Below, piece after piece: positions 1 to 13,075 of a DNA stretch of 64,000 bases. Made by a program: the position numbers and the translations under genes. Source of the stretch: Octopus vulgaris (lineage: Eukaryota); contig OX597817.1 in NCBI GenBank assembly GCA_951406725.2, positions 140,430,001 to 140,494,000 of the forward strand, given 5' to 3'. The number at the start of each line of letters is the position of its first letter. The stretch's first letter is position 1. The notes beneath the pieces were generated by a model, which was given only the letters and a program-made list of their open reading frames with translations, was not told the origin of the DNA and made no database searches.

Positions 1-214
1 ACGTTTTCAAATAGCCAGATAACCGAAGAGATGGTGTTGTGGATTTCCACTTCGGCATCTGAAACTGAGAGTTTTATCTTGACTACCGAGTAATGTAACA
101 TATTGTATATATATATAATATATATGGGAAGTGCCGCTATAGTAATGGGCGTCGAATCTTTCTGTCTAAACTACAAAGAACATATATAATACCCCACATA
201 TATTCATATGTGTG

Positions 215-253
<39 letters not shown>

Positions 254-1254
254 AACCACATATATATACATACATACATACACACATATAGGTATATAGG
301 TAGCGAGAGAGTGTGAGACAACTTTGTTCGTGGTCAATCTTAGGTAGAACTCTATCGTAGAATGGCGACAACGAGAGGTGAATTGTGTCTTGTAGAGGCA
401 TTTACTCAAATGTAACTCGAATCTTATTAACGAACCTAATGAATTATTGAATCGCTATTCTCATTTATTTATCAAAACATTCTTAAAATTTCCACGTGAA
501 AATCTCACTTTACTTACTTGGGTATTAATAAATAAACTCTGTATCTAAGTTACAGTATTAATGACTCTTCCTCTTTCTTCTAAATTAATTTAATATTGCA
601 ATATAATAAGCGTTCTTCTAACTAATTTTAAAATTTTAATCCGGTTCCTTAATTATTACATCAAACGTAACTCGTTCTAATCTTTATTTAATCAAATTTA
701 TTTAATTGAATTCACTTTAGCGGTTGTTAACCTGATATTTCTCTACAAAATGTCACTTCGCACTTAGTTGACTTTTCTCTCTTGCTTCCTCTAGTTCACT
801 GTGCGCTCTTCTCCGCCTCTGACTGGCCACTAAGCAGACATATTGAATAGCAGTTATTTTTCCTGAGAGTTTTTCTTACAGTAGCCTAAAGTAACATTTG
901 ATGGCGACTTCATCTCACAGAACTGTGAACTGGACACGAAGATAATAAACAAGACAACGTAATTTGATTTTGTCCGTTATCTACAATGCTCTTCCGCAAA
1001 CTTTTTGGTAGTTTTCAACAAAAAAAAAACCCAAAAAAACCAAACAGGATTACTTTGATTCTCCAGCGGGAACGATCGAGGGATAACTGCTGCATTAATC
1101 AATTAACTGAATAATCAATTGAACTGTTATGCATACAAACCATTCTATGATTTGTATACAGTTACTCAAGCCATTTCAAATATATAAGGGAATAAAGTTA
1201 TATAACAATATAATTCTTCATACTTTGTCTGATTATATGATTATTATACATACA

Positions 1255-1292
<38 letters not shown>

Positions 1293-1295
<3 letters not shown>

Positions 1296-1431
1296 TCTCT
1301 CCTTGTTTTTTCTGTGTCCCTTTCTGTAGAAGAGCGTAGGCTCGAAACGTAAAAGACTTTTACTATTCCTGAGCGTTATACTAATACATCTGTTTGTCTT
1401 CGTCTTTTGTTTTTTTCGTAAACTCTCCCTA
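1293..1431 (+). mobile_element. Short interspersed repeat (Penelope-terminus-like) with degenerate hammerhead-like motif
   Basis: GAAGAGCGTAGGCTCGAAACGTA hairpin+GAAAC motif, flanked by (TA)n. Homologous copies at ~38085-38270 (-), ~38440-38610 (+) and ~63749-63841 (-). Confidence 0.55.
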
Positions 1432-1449
1432 TATATATATATATATATA

Positions 1450-1769
1450 ATTGTTAAACAGGACGTCAAACATTAAGGCGAGGCAAACATCTCAATTCAT
1501 ATAAAATATTATTACAGGAAGAAATTCAAAATCTTACAGCTGTTTCTGGGATATCCCTGAGTATGGGATACTCCGTCATCAGAGACATATTGGAGGAACC
1601 AATCTCATTTTCCATATCCCCTCCCCCAATATATCTCTGATGACGGAGTATCTCATACACAGGGATATCCCAGAAACAGCTGTAAGATTTTGAATTCCTT
1701 CCTGTAATAATACTGTATATGAGTTGAGATGTTTGCCTCGCCTTAAAGTTTGACGTCCTCTTTAACAAT
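1450..1769. mobile_element. Palindromic Penelope-like terminal remnant (144-bp inverted arms, one hammerhead per arm)
   Basis: 1450-1593 is the near-identical reverse complement of 1626-1769. Each arm has CTGATGA...GAAAC-AGCT-GTA. (TA)n on the left. Confidence 0.75.
1633..1688 (+). ncRNA. Minimal type I hammerhead ribozyme motif
   Basis: Stem I ATCT/AGAT, core CTGATGA 1637-1643, stem II GGAGTATCTC/GGGATATCC, GAAAC 1673-1677, palindromic loop AGCT, GTA triplet 1682-1684. Mirror copy on - strand at ~1531-1586. Confidence 0.75.
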
Positions 1770-1908
1770 AATATATCCGCTGCATCGGAAATCTGCAAGG
1801 GCTCCATGACTACCGTCTCAGCTACAACCTTGGAGCCCTAGTAATCCGTTACAGCACTCACCTAGCGTACCTAATCGTTTAGATCACCTGTGAACTAAAC
1901 CCCCCATA

Positions 1909-1946
<38 letters not shown>

Positions 1947-2146
1947 AGACTTCGGGATTGTTTACAAATATTACAAACAGTTAAATATCTATACATTAAT
2001 TTGATTGAAAATTAATGGGTGAGTGGTCAGGCTCAGTGGGATGCACAAGGAGCCGTGTTAGCGTTGTTGTGTGGGTTAGATACTAGATGGTATTTAGGTC
2101 ATAATTTTTCAGTCAATTGTTTAGATAAGTATCACTTTAACCTGAG

Positions 2147-2178
<32 letters not shown>

Positions 2179-2403
2179 TATTATATATATATTATTATAT
2201 TATTATATATTATTATATAGTAATTATTACTGTATAAAATGACTTTCGTCGCCGCTTTTCCTCCCGGTTTGTTTACAAATATGTTGCATATATATATATA
2301 TATATATATATATAGTTTCAGACTCTGATCTTAAGCATCCCATGAGTTAGGCATTACTTTACATTTGTGACCACTCCTAATACAGATTGGCTGAGCTAAT
2401 TTG

Positions 2404-2450
<47 letters not shown>

Positions 2451-2681
2451 GTACGTATCTAAGTATATTTGTGTGTGTCCGTGTATATGTGTGTATGTGG
2501 TCGGTCATGTGCGTGTCACTCTATCTACCCTCTTTTGATTCTTCTGAGGAAAGACTAATACCCGAAACGTTAAATCATTTTCTCTTTTCCTTGAAGAGTA
2601 AAGCTAATAAAGTATCTGTTGTGCTGTTGTGTTTTGTTCATTGAAGTTACACTATATATATGTGTGTGTGTGTGTGTGAGT

Positions 2682-2927
2682 AGGCGTGTGGCTTAGTGGT
2701 TAGGGTGTCAGCACCATGATCGTAACATTGTGGTTTCGATTCCTGGACTGGGCGACGCGTTGTGTTTTTGAGTAAAACACTTCATTTCACATTGCTCCAG
2801 TCCACTCAGCTGGCAAAAATGAGTAACGCTGCGATGGACTGGCGTCCCGTCCAGTTAGGGAACACATACGCCATAGAAACCGGGAAACCGGGCCCATGAG
2901 CCTGGCTAGTCTTTAAAAGGGTGCATT
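2682..2927 (+). mobile_element. tRNA-derived SINE (Meta-domain-like body)
   Basis: A-box TGGCTTAGTGG, B-box-like GGTTTCGATTCC, then TTGTG..TTGAG..AACACTT...TTGCTCCAGTCCACTCAGCTG. Similar to 33722-34058. Confidence 0.7.
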
Positions 2928-2969
<42 letters not shown>

Positions 2970-4016
2970 TTGTGTACTTCTGTCTGAGTATGTTTGAATA
3001 CCATTAACTCCAAGATATTTTTAGTAATCAATAATTGGTTATTGATTTCTATAAGTAAAAACGAGATAGGAATGGTTTTCTGCAAAGCTATTCCCATGAT
3101 GTTATGTTGCCGTCCTTTTAAAATGGTGATAATTACAAACATTGCTAATAGCCACGCCTCCGACGTGCAGGGGATAAACAGAAGGTATTGAAGGCTCGAC
3201 AGTGTTTTAAAGATGTTTAGATCAAACTAAACACAAACAACTAATAGGGAAATGGGAAAAGAAAAAAAAAACATTAATACGAAGGACACGTTTTCAAAAT
3301 AACAGGTTTGTAAAGAAAAGTTGTCCGCCATAATTAGTCTAAAGGAAACAACGGGTTTGAGGCAGTTTATGAAGCTGGAATATCCTGCCAAAAATCTCTG
3401 TGAATATCTTGCATCACACGGATCAGGCAAGTGCAACAACTATACACTGCAAAGAGTACACAAATTACTGCGCATTGAAACTCCGAGTTATGTTGCTACC
3501 ACGGTTAGAAAGATGGCCTTGTACCAGTTTATCACTGGCTCATCTGTGCACGTGACATGCAACACTTGATAGCAAAAACTCACCAAGTGGACAGCAGGAT
3601 ATTTCTTATATCAACATAAATACTAAATCTATTCCGTTACTAAAACTTGTAAACATCTTCTGTGTCCTTGTCATAGACCCGCAACATCAGAAAATTGTAT
3701 TTCTATGCTCCAGACTAAGTTAGAAGTAACGATGCCTTTCAATGTACGACAGTCGTGAAATGTAATCTCGATGCTTTTAAATCTCAGTTCGTGGAGTAGC
3801 TGCTGGTGTTTACATTGCTTAAAATAATAATGCTTTTGCGCTTGGCGGACAAGGAGAGGGGCCTAATCAATGATATAGACCCGAGTACTTTACAGGTACT
3901 TTATTTTATCGATCATGAAGAGGGTGGAAGTAGAAGGTGGTGTTGTCGGGATTTATAAGGATTAACAACAACAATAATAATAACAATAATAATAACAATA
4001 AAAAGAAGAAGGAGGA

Positions 4017-4350
4017 GGAGCACTTGGAATGATTAAAAAAAAAGGTGGGGAACTGAAAATTATTTTTAAATGATCCCTAGCCTACCATCCATGCAGGAAG
4101 TGCAAAAGATTGTCTTAACTCGTACGTCACACGTATTTGAGAAGAGCATTGCCGTTGGGCATTTTCTTTCCTTTTTTCCTCTCTATTTTATTTGTTTACT
4201 TTTTTATTTTTTCCTTTTTCTCTATCACATAACTTTGTAAATGGACAATTTGGTATATTTATTTTAATGGCCTACCAATGTATACAGTGCGTTTCTCTGC
4301 CCTAAGTGTCAGGAAGACACGGCAAGAAATGGAAACAGTTGAAAGATGAT
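4017..4350 (+). mobile_element. 3' fragment of an RLE-type (R4/Dong-like) non-LTR retrotransposon
   Basis: Decayed GALGMIKK...PSMQEVQKIVLT..H..RRAL, matching the C-terminus of the fragment at 34319-34624. Sits among (AAT)n tracts. Confidence 0.6.
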
Positions 4351-4375
4351 AATGTAAATAATAATAATAATAATG

Positions 4376-5492
4376 ATTTCATTTATTTGCCAGGCGGGCG
4401 AAAGATGAGGAGGACAATAGAGAGACAAGCATAAAGTGTGGGGGTTTGTATATAAAAATGAAATGATAAAAAAAATTAAAAGTATGCACAGTATACAGTG
4501 GAAAAGAAGGGACATATGCATGACATACATAGGTAAAAATGAGGAGGGGTTAGGACGTTAGAGACGTGGCCCTCCTGATACAGGAACGCCTGTAGGAATA
4601 ATCGAGGAACCTCACTGTCCGAGATTTCCCTGGAACCCTATGAGCAAGTACCCTCTCCAATTCCTTCTCTCCGACTCACAGGTCTACACTTAGAGAGGTA
4701 CCATCCACTCTTGCCATTTTCGCAACTTTCACTCACTTTTCAGTAAACTTACTCGAAGACAGCACTTCACTCTCCACTCTCAATTTCCTTTTCAAGTGAA
4801 ACTTGAAAAAGTCAATTAGAGCTCTACCAAAGATGAATGTATCTATCTTCATGCCTTTCAGCCTTGTCCAAACAACCTCTTTCACCACAGCCACAAAGCA
4901 AAGGAAAACTGCCTTGCTTGCCCGATTGAAGGAGGGCGACAGTGCAATCATCACTACAGACTCAGCCGACAGACGGATCCTCTCACACGTGACAGCAGCT
5001 GTTCAACATAACCCCACAAATCAGCAGTACCCGGACACTGAATGAGGGCGTGCAGAACGGTTTCGTCACTCTGCGTGTACCGCGGACAAGTCCGTCTGAG
5101 AGTACGTCCATGTCTAGAGGTAATCTCGAACCGGTAGCACTGGCAGGCCAAGGACCTCTGGAAATGTTAGCTTCCGACTGAAAAGTCCTCCAGAACAGTT
5201 CGTTGTCGTTGGCTCCCAGAGTTTCCCCGAAAACGTCGGCGTACTTCCCCGCCACTAACTTTCTAAAAATTTCTAAAACGGAACATCCACCGATCTCATT
5301 GCCCGACTGGTAGAGAGTTGTAAGCGCCTGACGACATTCTAGGTGCCAGGTGCCCAATCTCGGATTTTTCTTCACCCAGGACTGCAGCAGCTCCGATAAG
5401 GAGCATTCGCCACTTCTGACCGACCTTTCAGAGACAGCATTCTTTCAGCCCATTTTTGGGCAAGCCTGCCCCCGCCCCTGTTCGCCACCTCA
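4376..5492 (-). mobile_element. 5'-truncated, decayed L1/Tx1-like LINE 3' end
   Basis: Frameshifted pieces RTCPRYTQSDETVLHALIQCP (zf-RVT-like) and KEVVWTRLKG...FFKFHLKRKLRVE. GC-richer than flanks; AATAAA at the 3' end. Confidence 0.65.
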
Positions 5493-5526
5493 TATAAAAT
5501 GTGATAAAATAATAATAATAATAATA

Positions 5527-5720
5527 ATTTTGCCACAAGGGCGGTCATTTTGGAGGAGAGGATGAGTCGATTACATCGGCTCCAGTATTTCACTGGTACT
5601 TAATTTATCGACCCCGATACGATAAAAGGCAAAGTCGACCTCGGTGGGACGTAGCGGTAGGCGAAATACCGCTAAGCACTTCGCCCGGCATATCAACGAT
5701 TCTACCAACCCACCGCCTTA
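5527..5720 (-). mobile_element. Nin/Deu-domain-like tRNA SINE
   Basis: Reverse complement of GTCGACTTTGCCTTT..TCGGGGTCGATAAATTAAGTACCAG core shared by more than 12 copies in the window. Confidence 0.75.
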
Positions 5721-5746
5721 ATAATAATAATGATGATGATAATAAT

Positions 5747-6477
5747 GTAGTACCAGGCACTGACTCTCATGGCTTCGAATCTTAACTGATTGGAAGTGTT
5801 ATCGTGCACATGTTTTGTGTTGGTATAAAAGATGGGCTACAGCAAATATTCTTCTCAATACCACAGATTTGCTTGTCAATTGTTTGACCTTAACCAGTCA
5901 AACATGTCTCTTATTGGCTGACGATATGTGCATCTCTGATCACGAGCAGAGCTAGTGGGGAGAATCATAGCCCCGTGAGATGTCAGACAGCACTCTCACA
6001 GAGTCTATCAGAGCGAACAAGACCTAGCGTTCTGGAAAGTGAAACAATAATAATAATAATGTCAGTTGTTCGACCTTAACCAAGTGAGCATGTCTTTTGG
6101 TGGCTGACGATATGTGCATCTCTGATCACGAGCAGAAGTAGTGTGGGAACATCATAGCCATGAGTTGAGAGGAATTCTTTGAAGTTTGGATCATTCACCT
6201 CTAGAAACATGGGTGCTTCGTTCATTATCCTTAAACAAATCTTATTCAGGCACCTTTTGAGTAGGATGGGCTACTGGACCTGAAGAAAATTCTAACTGGG
6301 TCCCACCTGCAAGGTCAGGCACTGTTTATCTTAATATGAGACCACTATGTCGCGCACATATGGTTGTGATGCATGTGCCTGGTGTACCCTTATCAGACGG
6401 ATAGTCATGATGGGTATACTGGGCTTAGTATATTTTACCCCAGAGTCACTTTGATGCTGTGCACAGCTCTCTCACTC
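5747..6477 (+). mobile_element. (AAT)n-associated non-coding interspersed element with internal ~95-bp duplication
   Basis: Flanked by and ending in (AAT)n. ~5876-5970 is repeated at ~6061-6160. No ORF. Family assignment is uncertain. Confidence 0.5.
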
Positions 6478-6515
<38 letters not shown>

Positions 6516-6520
6516 CAACA

Positions 6521-6577
<57 letters not shown>

Positions 6578-8544
6578 TGGAGGAGGAGGAAAGGAGGAAG
6601 AAAAAGTAAAGTTTGTGGCAACTTGGCATTGCGTATAAAGTTTAATGACTGTAAATGTAAAATCTTCTCTTATTCATGTCTAATATTGGTAAAATAATTA
6701 CTTGGAATAATTTTAACATCGACTGAGTGGACTATAGAAAATAATATAGTGCCACATCGAAACTTCCTGCAGCACCATCACCACCACCGCAATCAGTAAA
6801 TACATCAGCAGCATCTCCACAACGACGACCACCACCGTTAACAGACCCGCCATACTTTCTCTGTGTTTCTTGTAAAACTCTACTTAACAGTTTGCTTGAC
6901 TGACAGCTTTCATAAATAAATATTTGACGTCCATAAAATGACAAAAATTCTTTTAATATTGAGACATAAGCAACTCTTGCGACCGGCTGTCTTGATTGGA
7001 TATCAAAAGAATTGTATATTAATTACAGCTAATTATATTGACCCCGTCTATTGTCACGTTCGATTATTGTTATGTTGTTGTTGTTGTTGGTGAAATGCCT
7101 AGCAACAAAATAAGAGTTAACAATAGAAGAGGAGGACGAGGAGGTGACGGAGAAGGAGGACGAGGAGGTGGCGGAGAAGGAGGAGGAGAGAGTGCATTCG
7201 ACAGTTTTTGTGGTATTTTTTGAACTTGTGCTGGGCAAAGTTTGGTTTGTGCTCTTGTTAACGGCATTGTTTTCCTTGATATGTACAGATGTGTGTGTGT
7301 GTACGTATACATATATAGGAGTGTATGTATGTATACATTTGTGTGTGTATGCGTGCGTGTGTGCGAGTATTTACTAATATCGCTTTTGTGTAGTTTCTAG
7401 TTGGTTTATTTAAACCAGTTTAAGATTTTCTGTTGACAGGAAATCAGCGAAAGGTCAACTTTATTTGCAGGACACTGAAGTATTAGCGTTAGTATTTGTA
7501 CCAGAGTTAGGAATGGACGTTGCGTAGATACTGATTTAGTGGACAACGTATCAGAATTACTGGTCTGAGGAGAGTGGGGAGGGTTCTATATGGTCACTTG
7601 CCAAGCTAGAAATAGCAGAAAAATTTCACTAAAATAATGCTCTCTTAAAGGAGTACATCGGAGAGTACGTCAAAACAACGATCAGAGTATGATGGCTGGA
7701 ATATCTTTGACCATAGACCTGCTAGATCAGGGCTGACCTGGGACTAAACAACAACTGATCCCAGTGTCGGATGTTTCGCATCAGACCATCAGACGTATAC
7801 AGGATTTACATCGACGTTCACCTCCCCAGTAGACACACATCAACCAATGCTGTGAGAATGAACAATAGAAAGTAATTAAGGAATGTTTTATTAACATGCA
7901 ACGTCGAATTCAAGTTGTTTAGATGAATAAAAGACAACGCGAAGACGATCCTGTATTAAAAGGTCAAGCTGGAAACCCTTGGCGTTACGATTCCACTTTG
8001 ATCCACATTTGTGATAGCATTTATGTAACGAGTGACATTAAAATGAGCATATATCATGGCCACCACTGAAATAAATAAACAGTTTGGCAGGTCTGTCTAT
8101 AAATATATCAGCGTCAATTTATATTCAAATTAATTATTCAATTAATTACAAAGTCGGTGAAATTGAATGAATTCAAGTACCAGTGAATAAAAGCGGTTCC
8201 AACATCTGGAGTTGGGCCGCATGACAGATATATTCACATTTGTTAAATCTAGAGATGAATAGCAGTTCTGTAAAATTTCGTGAGTCAGCTCTGTCTCACG
8301 AAGGCGGGTTCAGCTCCTACTGAGAGTCTAATGTATAGAAAAAGAAGCTTTGCAAGATTATATCATTACATTTATACCAAAGCTTGCTAAGAAAGACATT
8401 TCCATCTCTAAGGTCTGTCTGTGATCGGCGTAAGTAAAATAGCTGCTTGCTTCGAGCAGTGATTGAATATTTACCATGTCTCACCATATTAGTAACATCC
8501 AACTTTGTTTACCCAGTTGCTTGTAGTAAGTCTTCATATTAGTT

Positions 8545-9322
8545 TCAAACGTTGACACAAGGTCAGTAATTTTCGGGGAAGCGGGAGGGAGGTGAGTTGT
8601 TTAGATCCACCCCAGTGCTCACGTGATACTTATTTTCACGAAACCGAAATGATGAAAGACAAAGTCGACCTCGGTGACAATGGAACTCAGAACGTAAAGG
8701 CGCACGAAATGCCGCTTAGCATTTTGCCCCATGTGGTAACGATTCTGCTAGCGCGCCGCCTTATGGTAAACCATGATATTCTTTTCTACTCGAAGCACAA
8801 GACCCAAAATTTGGGGGGAGGGGGCCAGTCGATTAGATCGACCCCAGTACGTAACTGGTTCTTATCGACCCCGAAAAGATGAAAGGAAAAGTCGACCTCG
8901 GCGGAATTTGGACTCAGAACGTAAAGACAGACGAAATAACTATTTCTTTCCTACCTACAAGGGGCTAAGCACAGAGGGGACAAACAAGGACAGACAAACG
9001 GATTAAGTTGATTACATCGACCCCAGTGCGTAACTGGTACTTACTTTATCGACCCCGAAAGGATGAAAGGCAAAGTCGATCTCGGCGGAATTTGAACTCA
9101 GAACGTAGCGGCAGACGAAATACCTATTTCTTTACTACCCACAAGGGGCTAAACACAGAGGGGACAAACAAGGACAGACAAACGGATTAAGTCGATTATA
9201 TCGACCCCAGTGCGTAACTGGTACTTATTTAATCGACCCCGAAAGGATGAAAGGCAAAGGCGACCTCGGCGGAATTTGAACTCAACGTAACGGCAGACGA
9301 AATACCGTTAAGCACTTCGCCT
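8545..9322 (-). mobile_element. Cluster/tandem multimer of Nin/Deu-domain-like SINE (4 core copies)
   Basis: Core GAAAGGCAAAGTCGACCTCGGCGGAATTTGAACTCAGAACGTA recurs near 8655, 8880, 9065 and 9250. Period ~183 bp for the last three. Confidence 0.8.
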
Positions 9323-10280
9323 TAATAAGCCATGATATTAACATCGAACTGTTGGTGGTGAAGAATTTCAGTTTTCGCTAAGTGCTTATGTCATTGCTGT
9401 GGAGGTTATTGCTTATATTGATGTTGTTACTCTTCAGTCGACTTTGAAATAGACTTATAAATGAAATACATTTCATATATAAACATACTGTCTATTTTAA
9501 AGCACAGTCTACCCCAGACTACATTATTCAACCTGTCTACTTTAAACACTGTATGCTATGGTTTTCTTTTTTTAATGGAAATTTTGGCTGCCGTTTCTAG
9601 CAGATCAAGCGATGGCTCAATGAGGCTAATGTTAATAACTTGAAAGTAGTGGACCATAAGGAATTGTGGTTCAAATGAGAAGATCGTGGGAGGAATTATA
9701 ATGTTACTGCAAATATTTCATTTCCTTCATTGATATCCATAGAAAAATAATTCTAAACCGGAAACCTCTGAGATTACCAATTCCTGTCTTGATCCATAAT
9801 TTACATTCATTATTATTGTTGATATCTTCGGACGTAAAACTCGTTTGTAATACATTCCCACAATTCCATTTACAGTCCAAAGCCTCCATTGCCAATCTTG
9901 AACTGACTGAGGAGATGAAATCAATAGACACTTGGCATCTGCTTCGTTTATCGTTTCTTTTAGAACGATTTAGGGACGAATTCAGTTTCAGCCGAGTTCA
10001 ACAAGGAAATTATTGCAGCCGATTCACTGTAACGACGACTGTCCTTCGTTTTATTGTTGTCGTTGTTGTTGTCGTCGTCGTCAGCGTTGTATCTTCAGCT
10101 TGCACTTGGTGATTCACTATGATTATACAGAAAAATCATCGCTAGTTGGGGAAGAAGCTATTAAAAGCTATTACAGATACGCCATAGACATTTTGAAAAC
10201 AAAAATATTAAGTTGATGTAAATTTAAAATATTGAGTATTTACAAGTTGGACAGAAATAAATTCGTAGTAAAACACACAC

Positions 10281-10363
<83 letters not shown>

Positions 10364-10504
10364 AATATAGATAGTTTCTTTTTATTGAAAACTGATATGC
10401 TCAGAGTTTGTCTCGAAACTCGTGTTTCACATTTTTACGATCTGGAAGCGAAATCGCGATGGCATAGAACTCGAGTTACAGGAAAACTCTTAATAATGAT
10501 AATG

Positions 10505-10717
10505 ATTTCAAATGTTTGCCACAAGGGCAGCAGTTTTGCGGGAGCGGGGTTAGTCAAATACATCGACATCAGTGTTTCATTGGTACTTATTTAATCGACC
10601 CAGAAAGGATGAATGGCAAAGTCGACCACGTCGGAATTTGAACTCAGAACGTAACGGCAGACGAAATACTGCTACGCATTTCGCCCGGCGTACTAACGTT
10701 TCTGCCAGCTCGCCGCC

Positions 10718-10719
<2 letters not shown>
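10505..10719 (-). mobile_element. Nin/Deu-domain-like tRNA SINE
   Basis: Complete head (revcomp GGCGGCGAGCTGGCAGAAACGTTAG) plus core, between (AAT)n runs. Confidence 0.8.
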
Positions 10720-10782
<63 letters not shown>

Positions 10783-10786
10783 TGAG

Positions 10787-10834
<48 letters not shown>

Positions 10835-10854
10835 ATGATGATGATGATATAGAT

Positions 10855-11222
10855 ATCAGAAACCGGACGGTGTTGTGGTGTATAAAAAAAGAATGAACAT
10901 GTACGATGATCGACATAGCATTCCCCGGTGACAACAGAATCAATGTGAAAGAAGAAGAAAAAATAAACAACTATGACGATTTAAAGAAGGAAATACGAAG
11001 GTTGTGGTCAATGAAGAGAGTAGACGTGATAGCAATAGCAATTGGTGCCTTTGGAAGTATCAGCACTCAACATGACTGTAACAGATCAGTGCAAGTGTGA
11101 AGGTAGAACACCAAAGAGAAATCAGCATTGCTTGGGACTGTAAGGGTCATTGAAGCATGACGAGTAAAACAAGTGTCACCTTAGTCTGCTGGCTATGGAC
11201 AGCTGACATTTTCCATCATAAT
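10855..11222 (+). mobile_element. RLE endonuclease fragment of an R4/Dong-like non-LTR retrotransposon
   Basis: KPDGVV...CTMIDIAFPGDNRINVKEEEKINNYDDLKKEIRRLW...IAIGAFG: PD-(D/E)xK-type restriction-like endonuclease end, decayed. Next to (TAA)n/(TAG)n. Confidence 0.75.
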
Positions 11223-11671
11223 TTCTCAATTGACAACGCTTCAAAATGCATTGGACAAACGATTTTGGAATACCTGCCTCACGACTCGCTTGCCGCACAG
11301 ATTTTCTTGAACCTTGTGATACGTTTCCAGCAATCGTTCTTGCTTTGTAGAATTTGTCGATGTTCATGGTCTTCTGTAATGCTGTCTTGTGCACATTCTG
11401 AACAGTTCCATCGGCTTCAAACTTATCTCTAGTTCGAGTGATGGTAAGTGGCGTTGGTGAATCTGTTTGAAACTCCCTCCTAAACTGTCTTTGCACTTCA
11501 ACTGCGCTTTCACACTTCCAGTAGCATTTTAGAATGAATTTCCTTTGTTCAAAGCTTAGTCTGACTGCCATCATTAATTCCAATGGGTTTCATCTGGAAA
11601 GAAAAACACATCAGATATCAGCTGCTAAAGTGTGTATACATTTTTTTTTGGGGGGGGGGAGGGGCACCCTG
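11222..11671 (-). mobile_element. Tc1/mariner-type transposon 5' remnant (TIR plus N-terminal HTH)
   Basis: Terminus TA|CAGGGTGCCC at 11671. ORF 11583->: LSFEQRKFILKCYWK..SAVEVQRQFRREF..SPTPLTITRTRDKFEADGTV, a mariner-type HTH. No DDE domain. Confidence 0.75.
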
Positions 11672-11694
11672 TATATATATATATATATATATAT

Positions 11695-11854
11695 ATTATT
11701 TTTTTAGGGAATAAAAATTCCGGCATAACAGAGGTTCAAATTATTCTCAATGAAGAAATATATTTTAATTTAGAGATAGTAGGCCACTACATCTCACCAT
11801 ATAAAAATAAAAATTATTTTTATATGGTGAGATGTAGGGCCTACTATCTCTAAA

Positions 11855-11907
<53 letters not shown>

Positions 11908-12065
11908 TTTTTAGGGAATAAAAATTCCGGCATAACAGAGGTTCAAATTATTCTCAATGAAGAAATATATTTTAATTTAGAGATAGTAGGCCCCTACATC
12001 TCACCATATAACAATAAAGATTCTTTTTATATGGTGAGATGTAGGGCCTACTATATCTAAATTAA
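11695..12065. repeat. Tandemly duplicated ~165-bp unit ending in a ~42-bp-arm hairpin, separated by (TA)n
   Basis: TTAATTTAGAGATAGTAGGCC.CTACATCTCACCATATA ... TATATGGTGAGATGTAGGGCCTACTATCTCTAAATTAA occurs at ~11765-11858 and ~11972-12065. Confidence 0.85.
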
Positions 12066-12849
12066 TATATATATATATATATATATATATAATAAATCTT
12101 AGTATATGTATGTATAGATATAAATGGTGGCACAAGGGCACAGCTTGATTCCTCCAGCAGATGCCTTTCCTTACTGAGAATACTCCTCAACCTGTTAGAA
12201 ACTGGCCTAACTATGGAATCAGTTCAGTCATATAAGCGAAAAAAGGAATGACGCTGGAATATACCTATTTATGTCCGCGTTATTTACGGAAATATTCCAG
12301 GACATCTAGATGTTTCTTTGGCAACTTGAAATATCGGTCACTAGGGATCGAATGAGCTGTGACACAAACGTACAAGAGTAACGAAATCAGTGCGTTTATA
12401 TGCAACTGACAGAATCGTGTCATATAAAGGAAGGGAAATTAATTGCAGAGAAGGTATGAAATTAGAAAACTTAAGATATCTAAAAGTGAATTATGTAAGA
12501 GACGCACGTTAGCCTCTTGAAATAACTTGTGTAAACGAGATATTTATTTGTTGAGGGTGTTTTGCAAATACTAATGCTGTGACCAATATCTGTTTGAAAT
12601 TAATGAAAGTAAAACTGAAGCACGAATATTCCTACCGTGACCATCAAGTACATGCCTATGTAGGATAATACTCGATGATTTGGGGGAGATTCGCCTGCTT
12701 TTTCTAGTAAATCAAGCGACCATGTTGGTTTACATTATCACAATTATTTACGAAGGGTAATTAGTTTAATTTAATTCAAGATGGTGGAATAAAGGACAGG
12801 AAGTTGTGAAATACATGCCTTTCCAAAGAGATTATTTGTAATAGTTATT

Positions 12850-13075
12850 GCTTAGACCCAGATCAGCCCTAATCCAGCAGATCTATAATCGAATATGTTC
12901 CAGTTTCGATTATTTCATCTTTCTGTACATCTAAGATCAAAGACGTTCCAGTCGTGACCATCCATTTTCTTTTTATATCTGCAGCTATACTGTTTAACCT
13001 TTCTTTCTTATTTCACACAAAAATATGTGACTTGAGGGTAATTTGGCTGCTACTTCTAACAAGTCGCTGCACCTA
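12850..13075 (+). mobile_element. Old interspersed repeat family (unclassified)
   Basis: Motifs CAGCCCT.ATC.AGCAG, GTTCCAGTCGTGACCATCC and GATTTGGCTGCTATTTCTAGCA recur diverged near 7590-7755 (-), 9570-9615, 12690, 26670-26820, 37270-37460 (-), 43290-43500 and 55880-56030. Confidence 0.5.

Noticed and set aside
94-896. Possible solo LTR (TGTAACA...GTAACA); similar impression at ~56110-56406
   Set aside because: No matching TSD, no second LTR, PBS or internal domain.
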